Assembly: GCA_016714165.1 (NCBI GenBank)
Contig: JADJNU010000001.1
Location: 1,411,536 to 1,475,535, forward strand
From: Bdellovibrionales bacterium
Lineage (GTDB): Bacteria > Bdellovibrionota > Bdellovibrionia > Bdellovibrionales > UBA1609
Length of the DNA stretch: 64,000 nucleotides
Direction: 5' to 3'
A program made the position numbers and the translations under genes. The notes beneath the pieces are model-generated. The model was not told where the DNA came from and ran no database searches. It saw nothing but the letters and a program-made list of their open reading frames with translations. Shown in pieces: positions 1 through 10,094 of this stretch. Each line of letters opens with the position of its first letter. Position 1 is the stretch's first letter.

Positions 1-166
1 GGATGTGTCTTTTCCTCCATTGCGGCCCATATTGCAAAGGATTTGCCTCCTCGAGGGACGACTCCAGACGATGATGCGATCAAGTCCAGGAAAGAAAAAG
101 AGAGCCAACCGCATCAGGCCCCACTTTCTTGAAGTTTTTTCAAACAGCCAATTAAAACTCTATGAT

Positions 167-1024
167 TCAACCACAGGCATCGAGACTGCCGGTTTTGTTA
201 CACAAAAGACTTTTTTTAATTTTGGAGCGGAATTTCTTCCATTCTTTTAGCTGACCTGCTGAGAAAGGCAAAGCAAAGCTGCGTGAATCGGCAGGAGTAT
301 CATCGAGCCACAAGTTTAGAATTTCCAATATTTGTCTGCGCAAAAATCCATAACCCGATTTTCTGACAACATTCAATACGAAGTGCTCAGGCTCAATCTT
401 CAAAAAGAAACTCACTATACCGACATAGTAGATTGACAAATGGTTGGCCAAATACCTCTGATGTTCATTGCCATCCATATAGCAAAAGACATACTTTTGA
501 TAGTTGTCCCGCCAATCATGAGGCTTCATTTTTATCAATATTGAAACAAATTCAATGAGCAACTCATAATCTGTCTTCAGTTGTGGATCCAATTGAACTT
601 TGATTTGGTTCGTTGCCAGCACACGCAAATCCTCCTTCGTGGTTCCCGTCGCCAAATCCTCTACCGCCGCATGGCGAATACTGGGGATGGGTCTCATTGC
701 GTAGGTTATCTTAGATACGTCTGGTACCAAGCCAAACCCCAGACCTGGAAGTCTGGAAGCTGCGAAATCCAGGTGAGACTGGTCACCTGGAAAAGTGCCT
801 GATCTGCCATAAATTTCGAAAATCTCGTTCTTACCAGTGACCAAAAGTTCTCCTGCTGATAGAACCTGTGCCCTTACGCCGTTAGGCAAGCGACGCAAGA
901 CTTCCTGCCAAAGTCCCTCGTGGGAACCAAAGTATCCATTCTGAAGATTTCCTTCGATCAATGAGTCTTTGAGATTGAACTCCGGAACAGTGAAGGCTCT
1001 GACCTGCCCTTCAATCTCAACCAA
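167..1024 (-). CDS. hypothetical protein (285 aa), no confidently recognisable domain
   Basis: Long ORF on minus strand; no signal peptide; no motif I can assign from memory; function unknown. Confidence 0.35.
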   Translation of the reverse strand: MVEIEGQVRAFTVPEFNLKDSLIEGNLQNGYFGSHEGLWQEVLRRLPNGVRAQVLSAGELLVTGKNEIFEIYGRSGTFPGDQSHLDFAASRLPGLGFGLVPDVSKITYAMRPIPSIRHAAVEDLATGTTKEDLRVLATNQIKVQLDPQLKTDYELLIEFVSILIKMKPHDWRDNYQKYVFCYMDGNEHQRYLANHLSIYYVGIVSFFLKIEPEHFVLNVVRKSGYGFLRRQILEILNLWLDDTPADSRSFALPFSAGQLKEWKKFRSKIKKSLLCNKTGSLDACG

Positions 1025-1443
1025 AATAAAGAGATGGCGACCGTAGCTAAGGTTCGGGTCTCCTTCAATGACGTATCGACCCCCAAAATCATGCGTAGAA
1101 GCGTTTGCAACAATGTCACCGAAAGAGCGATCTCTCTTCTCGATAGCCGAGGGAAAAGGGACACCTCCTCCCCCCTCTTATACTCGTCCGAATTTCGCCA
1201 GAAGAGGGAAACATCACAATTTTCCTACACCCAGCACTTGCCACGCCTAGGTCCCATAATCCCATCAGAAAGAAAAAAACAAATCTAAGCAAAGCTCGCT
1301 CCCAAGAAATCCAGCTAGCCAAAGTTTCAGCACCCGAATCAGATAAAGAAATCTTAATAAAATAACCCTTATTGGTGATTTATTAGCCCAAGTGCGTCAA
1401 AATGGGAAGAAAAATATGTGGGATCTCCGAAAAATGAAAACCC

Positions 1444-2952
1444 CTATTGCGGAATAACGAGCTCGCTCCCAATCATGATATTAGATCGATTGGACAGCTG
1501 GTTGGCCAGGGCAATTTTTGTGATATTCACACCATATTGACGGGCAATATTTGTGAGAGTTTCTCCACGACGAACAACATGCACGCGCCCCTTTTCAGCT
1601 TTTACGGCAATCTTTTGACCCACAAATACCACCCCTCGGCGGCTCAAATTATTCAATAGTTTCAAATTCTCAGTTGTCGTTCCGTACCTCTTGGCAACGA
1701 GATTCAGATTTTCACCCCGTTTCATCACGTGGTACTTGATGTCAGGGGTTAAAGAGTTGCTCTGGCCGCTCTTTTCCAAAGAAGCCGTATCGCGATGACT
1801 GAGGTAAACATCCGGCTCACGCTCGGGAACACGAATCCTCTGGCCAATGCGGAGAAGGCTTCGATTTGAAAAATCATTGAGACGACGAAGCGTTGCAACC
1901 GACGTGTGGTAGCGACGTGCTATAACAGAAAGAGAATCACCTCTTCGGATTCTATATCTGCCCGATTCTGAGGCAACAAATACAGGGGGAATCGAATCAC
2001 TCAGATCAATCGCCGCCAAAGCCTTTTCCCGTGACCCAATGGGAACTCTCAGGGTCACTGTACTGCCCGGCTCAACGGGTACGTAATAGGTACGAAACAT
2101 CGGATTCAATCGTTGAAGATCTTCATAGCTCGCTGACGACATCCCGCTTGCCAATTTTTGGAGACTTATGGGCTTCGTGATCTCAATTGTCTCGTATCCA
2201 AACTCGGCCTCATACGAAAGCTTGTGAAAACCATAATCCTCTGGATTTTTCGCAATGAGAGTGGCCGCGATAAATTTTGGCACGTAATTAGCTGTCTCGC
2301 GCGGCAGACGACGATTCTTGGAAAGCTCCCAAAAATCCCTTGTGTAGTGTCTCATCACAGCTCGCTTGACCCTGTTTTCTCCGGTGTTGTAAGAAGCAAG
2401 AGCGAGGTACCAATTTCCAAAAAGATTGTGAAGAGCTTTAAAATATCTACCCGCAGCCTGTGTTGAAAGAACGGGGTCCCGTCTTTCATCAACAAATGGG
2501 TCAATCCGCAATCCGTATATTTTACCGGTCTCTCGAATGAACTGCCAATACCCAACCGCTGCGGCATGGCTATTTGCTTTGTGACTAAACCCAGACTCAA
2601 TCAAAGAAACATAAACGAGATCGTCTGGCAAACCCTGGCTACGCAACTCCGCCTTCATCATGGGCAGATACCTTGAAGATCGCTCCAGATAGGTTTCCAT
2701 GTAGCGACGACCTCGACCCTGAAAATAATTAACCCATTTCTGAACCTGCTTATTTACTTCGATTGGAATATTCTCGACTTGAACAGGCGAGTCAGAAAGA
2801 TTGTCGTTTGCACCCTTGATAACGGCGAGAGATTCTGGACTTTCACTCTCTGCAGATGAACTGTCATTTTTTACTTGAGGGGATTGAAAATGACCACAAG
2901 CAGTCAGGCCCACCCATGCCACTAAGACAAGACCCGTACTGCATTTTCGCAT
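1444..2952 (-). CDS. mltD: membrane-bound lytic murein transglycosylase D-like lipoprotein (SLT catalytic domain + 3 C-terminal LysM repeats)
   Basis: Lipoprotein signal MRKCSTGLVLVAWVGLTAC; SLT motif LIESGFSHKANSHAAAVGYWQF; three LysM-like repeats (YRIRRGDSLSVIARRY..., HVMKRGENLNLVAKRY..., HVVRRGETLTNIARQY...); RBS AGGGAGG upstream of ATG at 2952. Confidence 0.8.
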   Translation of the reverse strand: MRKCSTGLVLVAWVGLTACGHFQSPQVKNDSSSAESESPESLAVIKGANDNLSDSPVQVENIPIEVNKQVQKWVNYFQGRGRRYMETYLERSSRYLPMMKAELRSQGLPDDLVYVSLIESGFSHKANSHAAAVGYWQFIRETGKIYGLRIDPFVDERRDPVLSTQAAGRYFKALHNLFGNWYLALASYNTGENRVKRAVMRHYTRDFWELSKNRRLPRETANYVPKFIAATLIAKNPEDYGFHKLSYEAEFGYETIEITKPISLQKLASGMSSASYEDLQRLNPMFRTYYVPVEPGSTVTLRVPIGSREKALAAIDLSDSIPPVFVASESGRYRIRRGDSLSVIARRYHTSVATLRRLNDFSNRSLLRIGQRIRVPEREPDVYLSHRDTASLEKSGQSNSLTPDIKYHVMKRGENLNLVAKRYGTTTENLKLLNNLSRRGVVFVGQKIAVKAEKGRVHVVRRGETLTNIARQYGVNITKIALANQLSNRSNIMIGSELVIPQ

Positions 2953-3096
2953 TCAGCCTCCCTTTAGTACCTCTGCACATGCATATGTATAAATTTAGCC
3001 CACCGGACTGAAAACCGCAACAAGACGTGGCGTCTTTGGGCCTAAGACGGAGGACCAAGGTCGCACTGTCTAACAAATTGACAGTTCCAGGTCAAC

Positions 3097-5040
3097 CTAT
3101 TGGATGGCTCCCTCCCAAATGGATTGAGATATTACGAGTTCGCGGGATTCTAACACTCGGTAGATCAAAAAATTGCGCATAACGGCCTTCACATAAAAAC
3201 TTGTCTCAATCCAAGGCAGTTCATCAATCCAAAGGTCATCGAAAGGGTCTGCAGATCCACGCAAACTCAACTTGGCTAAGTCTTCCCGAAAAGCCATCCA
3301 CTTTCTGAGGCGACCAATTCCAAGATTGTAACTGCCCAAGGCGAGCAGCAAATGTCCATCAAAGGCTCTGATCATTCTTCTCAAATAACTTGTCCCAAAC
3401 ATAATGTTCAATTCAGGAGAGAAGAGATCTTCTGGAAGCGAAAGCTTCTTTTTGTAATTGGTGTATTGGGCCGAATCTCGCGCGGTAATGGGCACAATTT
3501 GCATAAGTCCCACTGCGTTTGCAGGGCTCACAGCATCAGGGCGAAAAGAACTCTCCTGTTTGATCAACCCAAGAATCAAGGCCGAATCGAGTCCTTGTTT
3601 GGCAGCCATTTTCTTTACCAAAGATTGAAACTCGCGAGGAAAAGAAAGACCATAGAGCCCAGATCTCAAGAGCCCACGATCTTCCTCCCAGGCCTCATTC
3701 ATCAAGGAAATGGCCCCGAAATGATCGAATGCCAAAGACATGAGCCTTGCTCTTACAACTTTTTCCTCTGGAGACTGCGGTGCAGGCAATAACCCAAGTT
3801 CTGCTTGGGCTTCCTTAAACCATCCCGCCTGCAACAGAACTTGAAATCTTTCCCAAGCCTGATATTCGACTTCGCTAAGCCAGAGCTGAATCTTGACTGG
3901 TCCCTTCGAATCAGGTTCAAAGCTCAGACGGTTTTCGTTTGTTTCAATTTTGGTTCTCAACCCATAATAAGTTAAAGGGAAACGATCGATCAAGATCTTG
4001 GCTTCCTGCGTAGCGCGTTCAGAATTGAATTTTTGAAGAGATCGGTACAGCCAATAGCGAGCCTGTAGCTCCCATTGCTTCCCCTTCGGAAGAGCCAACA
4101 ACCGCTCAAACGAGGCCACGCCAGCCGGGTATTTTTGCTGACGAAGGTGGGTGAGACCCAGTCTGAAAAGGGCTTCAGCTGCGATATCTGTTCCGCCATG
4201 CTCCTGGATCAGTTTCTCGAAACTTTGTTCTGCTTTTTTATAATTACCCAAAAAAAAGGACGACTGGGCCAAAACGTAAAGAGGCGTCGCGGTTGACTTC
4301 CCCTTCATTTCGGACAGACTGGAGTCAGCAAGACGAAGACTTTCAAGGTAATAACCACGGCCAAAAAGATTTTTGGCCCATTCAGCCTGACGCCCACCAT
4401 CCACTTTGTCTAATTGATCAAGAATTCTTTCTTTCAAAAGTCGAAGCTTAGTATCCGAATTGGAAATTACACTCGTCAGAACCTCAATGATTTTATCACT
4501 GGCCCAATCAGACCTTCGCCCTCCGGGAAATTTCTTGATCAATTTCACACAGTCCTCTACGGCAGCAAGAAAATCACCACCGCTCAAAGCAACCCCTATC
4601 CTCTGCTGAAGCTCTGTCTCCTCTTGAGAAACTTCAACAGTGAGATCAGAATTAGTTGCCGGCCCCTGTTGAGCAACCGTGACTTTGCTATCAGATTTGG
4701 ATAAGACTCCCCGAAGGGATTCAATCCGTTGACGCATTTCTGGTTGCGGCAGAGCACGGTAACTTCTTCCAAAATAGTCGGCCGCTGCACTCAGATTTTG
4801 TTGAATAAACGCCAAATCTCCTGCTGACCGATAAAGTTGCGCCTGAGCTGCTTGATCAAGCCAAGACTTTTTCTGCATGATACGATCAATTGTATTCCAT
4901 GCCTGACGTCGGTTGGATTTAAGTTGCTTACCCAGAAGGTGCAGAAGTGCTTTGACATAAGCTTGCCGAAGCTCATTCACCTGAGGGCCCTGTAAAAACC
5001 AATCAGAGTTTTTATCTATTTTATCGACAATGGAGCTCAA
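3097..5040 (-). CDS. slt: soluble lytic murein transglycosylase (Slt70-like), main fragment: superhelical N-domain + C-terminal SLT domain; lacks its own signal peptide; starts at TTG in ORF track
   Basis: C-terminal SLT motif ILGLIKQESSFRPDAVSPANAVGLMQIVP ... GSYNLG; alpha-helical TPR-like N-terminal region; frame is continuous with upstream ORF 5021-5386 if A8 tract were A7. Confidence 0.75.
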   Translation of the reverse strand: MSSIVDKIDKNSDWFLQGPQVNELRQAYVKALLHLLGKQLKSNRRQAWNTIDRIMQKKSWLDQAAQAQLYRSAGDLAFIQQNLSAAADYFGRSYRALPQPEMRQRIESLRGVLSKSDSKVTVAQQGPATNSDLTVEVSQEETELQQRIGVALSGGDFLAAVEDCVKLIKKFPGGRRSDWASDKIIEVLTSVISNSDTKLRLLKERILDQLDKVDGGRQAEWAKNLFGRGYYLESLRLADSSLSEMKGKSTATPLYVLAQSSFFLGNYKKAEQSFEKLIQEHGGTDIAAEALFRLGLTHLRQQKYPAGVASFERLLALPKGKQWELQARYWLYRSLQKFNSERATQEAKILIDRFPLTYYGLRTKIETNENRLSFEPDSKGPVKIQLWLSEVEYQAWERFQVLLQAGWFKEAQAELGLLPAPQSPEEKVVRARLMSLAFDHFGAISLMNEAWEEDRGLLRSGLYGLSFPREFQSLVKKMAAKQGLDSALILGLIKQESSFRPDAVSPANAVGLMQIVPITARDSAQYTNYKKKLSLPEDLFSPELNIMFGTSYLRRMIRAFDGHLLLALGSYNLGIGRLRKWMAFREDLAKLSLRGSADPFDDLWIDELPWIETSFYVKAVMRNFLIYRVLESRELVISQSIWEGAIQ

Positions 5041-5386
5041 GGAAACAAGATGACCTTGATTTTTTTTCAGACAACTTCATGGCACAATTCAACTCTGTGA
5101 TCGCCAACCAGGCTCGCAATCCCTGAGCAATCTTGTCGAGTTTGGCAGCTGTTCCCAAGCACCTCTCAGCATTATTTTTTTTATCTTCCTGTCTCAAGGT
5201 TATCAACAGACGAGCAACTGATGCTCCCCCCTTTGGAACTGGAGAATCATCGTAGTTCCACCTTGAGGCCGGTAAATCAAAGTCACTTGTCAGTATCACC
5301 TGGCGAAGATTTACTTGGGCCTCGCACAAAGCAACCGTGCAGACTGCAAAAAAGGCAAGCGTCCTACGGAAGGATTTTAACATCAA
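5021..5386 (-). CDS. N-terminal signal-peptide-bearing fragment (121 aa) probably belonging to slt, separated by -1 frameshift in A8 tract (plus-strand T8 at 5057-5064)
   Basis: Signal peptide MMLKSFRRTLAFFAVCTVALCEA; ORF overlaps slt ORF by 20 nt in different frame; manual translation shows removal of one A in A8 run joins the frames; start ATG overlaps batD-like stop (ATGA). Confidence 0.45.
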   Translation of the reverse strand: MMLKSFRRTLAFFAVCTVALCEAQVNLRQVILTSDFDLPASRWNYDDSPVPKGGASVARLLITLRQEDKKNNAERCLGTAAKLDKIAQGLRAWLAITELNCAMKLSEKKSRSSCFLELHCR

Positions 5387-7296
5387 GCCTTACCTTTGTC
5401 GGATGCTGTTTCCTGAAGAGAAACAAGAGCAAGATCAAGAGTGTGGCTCAGAAGTTTATCTAATTCACTCACTGTCTTTCTGAGCTCTTTTTTATCCCTC
5501 AGCGATCCGGTCAATGCCTCTGGAGCAAATCCCAAGGCCTCTAGAGTATTCATGATCTTGCGGAGAGGAGCTTCCACCTCTCGGCGGACGCTTGGAGGGG
5601 CTTTCATGACAAGCTTTTCCAGTTCCTGATATCCTCCCCGCGATCCTGAAATTTCTCCCAAGATCAGATAAATGAGGTTGGTTCCTTCGACGCCAACTGA
5701 GCGCCAATCTCCCTTGTCCGCAAGCTTAGTGATGCGAAGAATCCTCTTCTTGTAAAGAGCACGCAAATCTCTGCCCTTTCGCCAAATACCAAATTGCATC
5801 ATTGTCCAGAACCCCAGGGCAATGAATATCGCCAGATAAACAACAGGCCAAAATATCAGAGGCTGAAAAGGAAAGCCTCCGCCGCTCGCTTCCCATCCCA
5901 AAGCCAGTTCAGGCATTCCACTACGAGCTTCCTTCTCTTTTTCCTTCGCCTCTTCCTTTGATTCTCTTGGAGCCGAAGCAATGGTCTGATCGCCACTGCT
6001 CGGTGTTACGGTTAACAGAATCTCAGAAGTCCCCTTTTTGTAAAACTGCCCGGTATTGGGATCGAAAAGACTAAAGCTAAGAGCAGGTATGGTAACTGAT
6101 CCTGCCTCCCGCGGGATCAATAAGACTTCAAATTCTTTATAACTCTGTCCGTTTTTAAAAAATTTTGATTCACTCTTTGTATCGTAAACTTCAATTGAAG
6201 AGGGAAGACCCAGCTTTGGCAGATCAATCAGCTTCGCATTGCCGCGACCATCAAACCTAACCTTCAATGTTACGGGTTGGTTAGCAGCAACCGTCTGCTC
6301 TGAAATCCCTCCCGTCACTTCAAATTGCCCGACAGCGCCCGTGTAATCAGCCGGTCGGCCCTCTGAGGGTACGGGTAAGACTTGAATTTCCACAGGTTTG
6401 CTGGCCTTCGTGTAAACATATTGACGACCAAATCCAAAGGTGGAGTCTGCCATGACTGAGCATTTTGCTTTGTATGGATCTATAACCGCTTTTCCTTGCT
6501 TGATAGGAAATAGGGCATAAGACACAAGCAAAGCCTTCTTATAAACCAAGCCATTGATCACCTCATCTTGCCACTCGAGGCGGGTCGCCAGATCAATCTC
6601 TTCTTTCCAAAATCCATTGAGAGATGGATATTGAAGCGTGTCGATATCACGGATCAGGCTACGCGTGTAAAGATACCACGAGGCAGTCACTTGCTGTCCC
6701 TCATAGACCTTCTTATTATCCACATCGACTTGAATAAAAAATGCTTCATCTGGGTTAATCGGTTGCGACTTGAATCCCGGCATCCGCCTGCGCAGCAATT
6801 GAGAGAATAGCTCGTCGGCATCATCTAAGGGATCAACGGGCTGCCCCGGAGGCGTTTGAGCCTTTGGCCGAGTGGGAACAGAACCCGCCTTCTTCACATC
6901 AATATCCAGAGACTTGGTTCTGTAGGAATTTCCATTCACAACGACCTCAACAGGATCGATTCGTTGTTTTCCCGTCGAATTGGGGGCTAGCATATAATTG
7001 AAAATCCGAGACTGTTGAACCTGAAACTGTCCATTGGCGTACGTGCTACTTGTCTCCGATGATGACCAGGAATTAATAAGATCAAGATTTTTAAAACTTG
7101 GCAGTCGGGGCTCCTCAACCGTTACGCTTCCCTTGCTCGATACCGAAATCATCAGGGTGAATGTATCCCCTTCCTCCATTGACTCTCGATCCACGGAGGC
7201 TGTGACGCTGACTCCTTCAGACGCGACTGCCCGAGCAAAATTCAACCCCGCCACAGCGAAGACAAACAGCAACCAGAATTTACCAATCTTTGCCAT
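5383..7296 (-). CDS. BatD-like (oxygen-tolerance family) protein: signal peptide, large extracytoplasmic domain, single C-terminal TM helix and cytoplasmic tail
   Basis: N-terminal signal MAKIGKFWLLFVFAVAGLNFARA; C-terminal TM FPFQPLIFWPVVYLAIFIALGFWTMMQF; position as last gene of MoxR/vWA/TPR operon matches Bat operon order. Confidence 0.6.
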   Translation of the reverse strand: MAKIGKFWLLFVFAVAGLNFARAVASEGVSVTASVDRESMEEGDTFTLMISVSSKGSVTVEEPRLPSFKNLDLINSWSSSETSSTYANGQFQVQQSRIFNYMLAPNSTGKQRIDPVEVVVNGNSYRTKSLDIDVKKAGSVPTRPKAQTPPGQPVDPLDDADELFSQLLRRRMPGFKSQPINPDEAFFIQVDVDNKKVYEGQQVTASWYLYTRSLIRDIDTLQYPSLNGFWKEEIDLATRLEWQDEVINGLVYKKALLVSYALFPIKQGKAVIDPYKAKCSVMADSTFGFGRQYVYTKASKPVEIQVLPVPSEGRPADYTGAVGQFEVTGGISEQTVAANQPVTLKVRFDGRGNAKLIDLPKLGLPSSIEVYDTKSESKFFKNGQSYKEFEVLLIPREAGSVTIPALSFSLFDPNTGQFYKKGTSEILLTVTPSSGDQTIASAPRESKEEAKEKEKEARSGMPELALGWEASGGGFPFQPLIFWPVVYLAIFIALGFWTMMQFGIWRKGRDLRALYKKRILRITKLADKGDWRSVGVEGTNLIYLILGEISGSRGGYQELEKLVMKAPPSVRREVEAPLRKIMNTLEALGFAPEALTGSLRDKKELRKTVSELDKLLSHTLDLALVSLQETASDKGKA

Positions 7297-8023
7297 TCGG
7301 TGCCTCCTTTAATCCCTGTTCATTTTCTTCTGCACGAATTTTCTGCTCCTGATTTTTCAACTCTTCTAAAATAGCTTGAATTTGTTCCTTTGTTAAAGAC
7401 CCTCCGCCAAGTTTCTGTTTTGTGGGCTTAGAGTTCTGATACTCTTGGTCCTCGCTCTGATCTCGCTTGTCTTTGCCTTTGTCTTTGTCTTTGTCTTTGT
7501 CTTTGCCTTGTCCCTCGCCCTTTTCTTTTCCGTTTGGATCTTCTTTTTGATCCTTCCCTTCTCCCTTTCCCTTGCCTTGGCCTTCTCCTTGCCAGAGCAG
7601 CTCTATATTTGTTTTTACTTCGACAGAATCGGGGCGAAGCTCCAGGGCATTTTGGTAGTTCTGAAGAGCCGCCTCAATCTGACCCTCTTGGGCCAAGGCA
7701 ACGGCAGCATTAAAAAAACCGTAAAATTGCAATTCAGGATTCCTTTCAGCCAAACGAACCACCGTACCAAAAGCCTTCACTGCTTTTTCAGGTTCCTTAT
7801 TGAGTAAAAAAGCCAAGCCCAAATTGAGTTGAACGTACAAATTAAATGGATCCTCAGCAAGAGCCGCCACAAAACTCTTGTAAGCCGGATAGCTATTTTC
7901 CTGTTTAAGACTAGCGACCCCCTGATTGTTGAGCTCGATGGCCTTCACGCTTAAATTTCTGGCAATGACCGCCGTTGCCGCCAAACACAAACAAAGAATG
8001 AATCCAACAACTAGACCTCTCAT
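7280..8023 (-). CDS. TPR-repeat protein with K/D/E/G low-complexity segment (BatC-like)
   Basis: Signal/TM N-terminus; TPR-like helices (AIELNNQGVASLKQENSYPAYKSFVAALAEDPFN...); low-complexity GEGQGKGKGEGKD...KDKDKDKDKGKDK encoded by (CTTTGT)n microsatellite; start overlaps upstream vWA gene stop. Confidence 0.6.
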   Translation of the reverse strand: MRGLVVGFILCLCLAATAVIARNLSVKAIELNNQGVASLKQENSYPAYKSFVAALAEDPFNLYVQLNLGLAFLLNKEPEKAVKAFGTVVRLAERNPELQFYGFFNAAVALAQEGQIEAALQNYQNALELRPDSVEVKTNIELLWQGEGQGKGKGEGKDQKEDPNGKEKGEGQGKDKDKDKDKGKDKRDQSEDQEYQNSKPTKQKLGGGSLTKEQIQAILEELKNQEQKIRAEENEQGLKEAPNGKDW

Positions 8024-9090
8024 TGTTCAGCGACCTCGAATCGCCCTTTCCAAATCCGGCCCGAGCGACGGCGTTCGCTGATTGCCAATTCGATCAGCAA
8101 GAAAATTAATCCTGCGACAAGGAATCCCTGGTATTTCTCATCGTAATTTGTCACAATCGCAGAACCAAACTGCGACTTTTCAAGTTTCTGTATATCCTCA
8201 TACAAAGCCCGGGGGGCGTTTCCTCCAAATGTGGCGTGATAAAAACTTCCCTTCCCTTCGCGGGCCAGCTCCTTCAAGGGTGTTCCTTTCGTTTGTGTGA
8301 GTATCACCTTTCCACTTTGATCCTTGCGATATCCACGAAGATTTCCAAATTCATCTCGCAGAGGAATTGGACCCCCCTTTTCTGTTCCCACTCCCAAAGA
8401 AAATATTCGGATGCCTTCATCAGCCAATTCCTTTGCTACTTTCAGAGCTCCTGGCTCTTGATCCTCGCCATCCGAAACAATCAGAATAGCTCGAGTCACC
8501 GATGAATCCTCATCTGCTTCAATTCCCCCGCGACGAAAAGCATCCTTTGCTTCTCTAAGAGCCTTGGCAAACTCAGTGCCTTGAGTTGAGACCGATTTAG
8601 GAGAAAGAGATTCAACAAACATCTTTATCGCCGACAAATCGGTGCTCACGGGAGATAGCACCACCGCCGAGCTCGCAAAAGCTATCAATCCGACGCGATC
8701 TCCGGACATCAGATCGAGAAGACGTCCCACCTCTTTCTTAGCCAATTCTAAACGGCTTGGTTTCACGTCCTCAGATTCCATGCTGTTGGACACATCAAAA
8801 AGAATGACGATCTCAATGCCCTCGCTTTTTACTTTCTGTCGTGACTGCCCAGCTTGGGGACGCGCCAACGCAAAGATAAAACAACCAATGGCAGAGAGCT
8901 CTAAAACGAGTTTCCAGCGACGCCGCAGGGTCGATACACTCGAGGTGAGAAAAGGGGCCAGTTTTGAACCCAGAGCCTTGGCTATTTTTCTGGTCTGAGC
9001 TCGAGTTAAGTAAATAGAAAAAACAAAAAATACCGGCAAAAGCCAGAGCAGTTGCAGAGCTGCGGGGTCAGCAAAACGATATTCGCTCAT
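8020..9090 (-). CDS. von Willebrand factor A domain membrane protein (BatB-like)
   Basis: N-terminal TM helices; vWA MIDAS-like DVSNSM motif; translationally coupled to neighbours. Confidence 0.75.
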   Translation of the reverse strand: MSEYRFADPAALQLLWLLPVFFVFSIYLTRAQTRKIAKALGSKLAPFLTSSVSTLRRRWKLVLELSAIGCFIFALARPQAGQSRQKVKSEGIEIVILFDVSNSMESEDVKPSRLELAKKEVGRLLDLMSGDRVGLIAFASSAVVLSPVSTDLSAIKMFVESLSPKSVSTQGTEFAKALREAKDAFRRGGIEADEDSSVTRAILIVSDGEDQEPGALKVAKELADEGIRIFSLGVGTEKGGPIPLRDEFGNLRGYRKDQSGKVILTQTKGTPLKELAREGKGSFYHATFGGNAPRALYEDIQKLEKSQFGSAIVTNYDEKYQGFLVAGLIFLLIELAISERRRSGRIWKGRFEVAEQ

Positions 9091-10094
9091 CAGGGCCCCC
9101 TTCTCAAAACAGTTCTACCTAAAAAGGAAGAAACAATGAGCAGCACCAAGCCCGCCTCTAAGTAGGGTGGATACAATTCTGAATATCTTGTGAACTCATT
9201 GACCTCAACTTTGGTTTTTTCCAATCGATCAATATCCTTAAATACATTCTCGAGAGCCTGACCATCAATAGCTCGATAATATTTTCCGCCAGTCTCCGAA
9301 GCCATTCGACCCAGGAGTTCATCATTAACGGCACTGTGTATGGGACGATAGCGTTTAACCTTTCCTCCCCTGCCATCATCAAGGTACACAGGCAACTGGG
9401 CCTGTCCGTCCCGACCCATCCCAATGCTGTAGGTCTTAATACCCAAGTCCCGGGCCAATTCAATTGCTGTCTGAGGATCAATTGTTCCGCTGTTATTTTC
9501 TCCATCTGTTAAAAATATAACAACTCGAGATTTTGCCGTGGAGTCCTTCAATCGGCCTACCGCATTGGCCAAGCCCACCCCGATGGCAGTTCCCATCTTG
9601 ATGTTGCGCGAAGTCTGGACCTGCGCCAGATTATTCATGAGGAGAGGGTAGTCGAGTGTCATGGGCACCCGAGTGTAGGATTCCCCAGAAAACACAATCA
9701 GCCCAATGCGATCTGAAATCCGCCCTTTGATAAAATCATGGATCACTTTCTTCGAGGACTCCAAACGATTTTCCGGCTGCATGTCCTCTATCAGCATACT
9801 ATCTGAAATATCTAGAACGATCATGATATCAATGCTCTCAACATTTCTCTTCATTTTTGTGTCACTCCTTTGAGGACGCGCCAATGCGACAACCACAAAG
9901 AGAAGACCAAACAGTTTCAGAACAGATGGAATGCCGACGAGCCGAGCCCGAAGTGTACCTCCAGCAGCCTTAAGAATTTTGATCGAGCTGAATTGGACTG
10001 ACGGCCTCTGCCTCTTGCGCATGAACCATCTCCAAATAAAAATCAAAATTAGCGGAGCAAGAAAGCCAAAGGCCCAAGGAGATGCCCACGTCAC
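9090..10094 (-). CDS. von Willebrand factor A domain membrane protein (BatA-like)
   Basis: Two N-terminal TM helices; vWA motif LDISDSM ... FLTDGENN; stop/start overlap with flanking genes. Confidence 0.75.
   Translation of the reverse strand: MTWASPWAFGFLAPLILIFIWRWFMRKRQRPSVQFSSIKILKAAGGTLRARLVGIPSVLKLFGLLFVVVALARPQRSDTKMKRNVESIDIMIVLDISDSMLIEDMQPENRLESSKKVIHDFIKGRISDRIGLIVFSGESYTRVPMTLDYPLLMNNLAQVQTSRNIKMGTAIGVGLANAVGRLKDSTAKSRVVIFLTDGENNSGTIDPQTAIELARDLGIKTYSIGMGRDGQAQLPVYLDDGRGGKVKRYRPIHSAVNDELLGRMASETGGKYYRAIDGQALENVFKDIDRLEKTKVEVNEFTRYSELYPPYLEAGLVLLIVSSFLGRTVLRRGP

Noticed and set aside
5-250. 81-aa plus-strand ORF at window start
   Set aside because: Overlaps 3' end of the 167-1024 minus-strand ORF, no RBS or motif.
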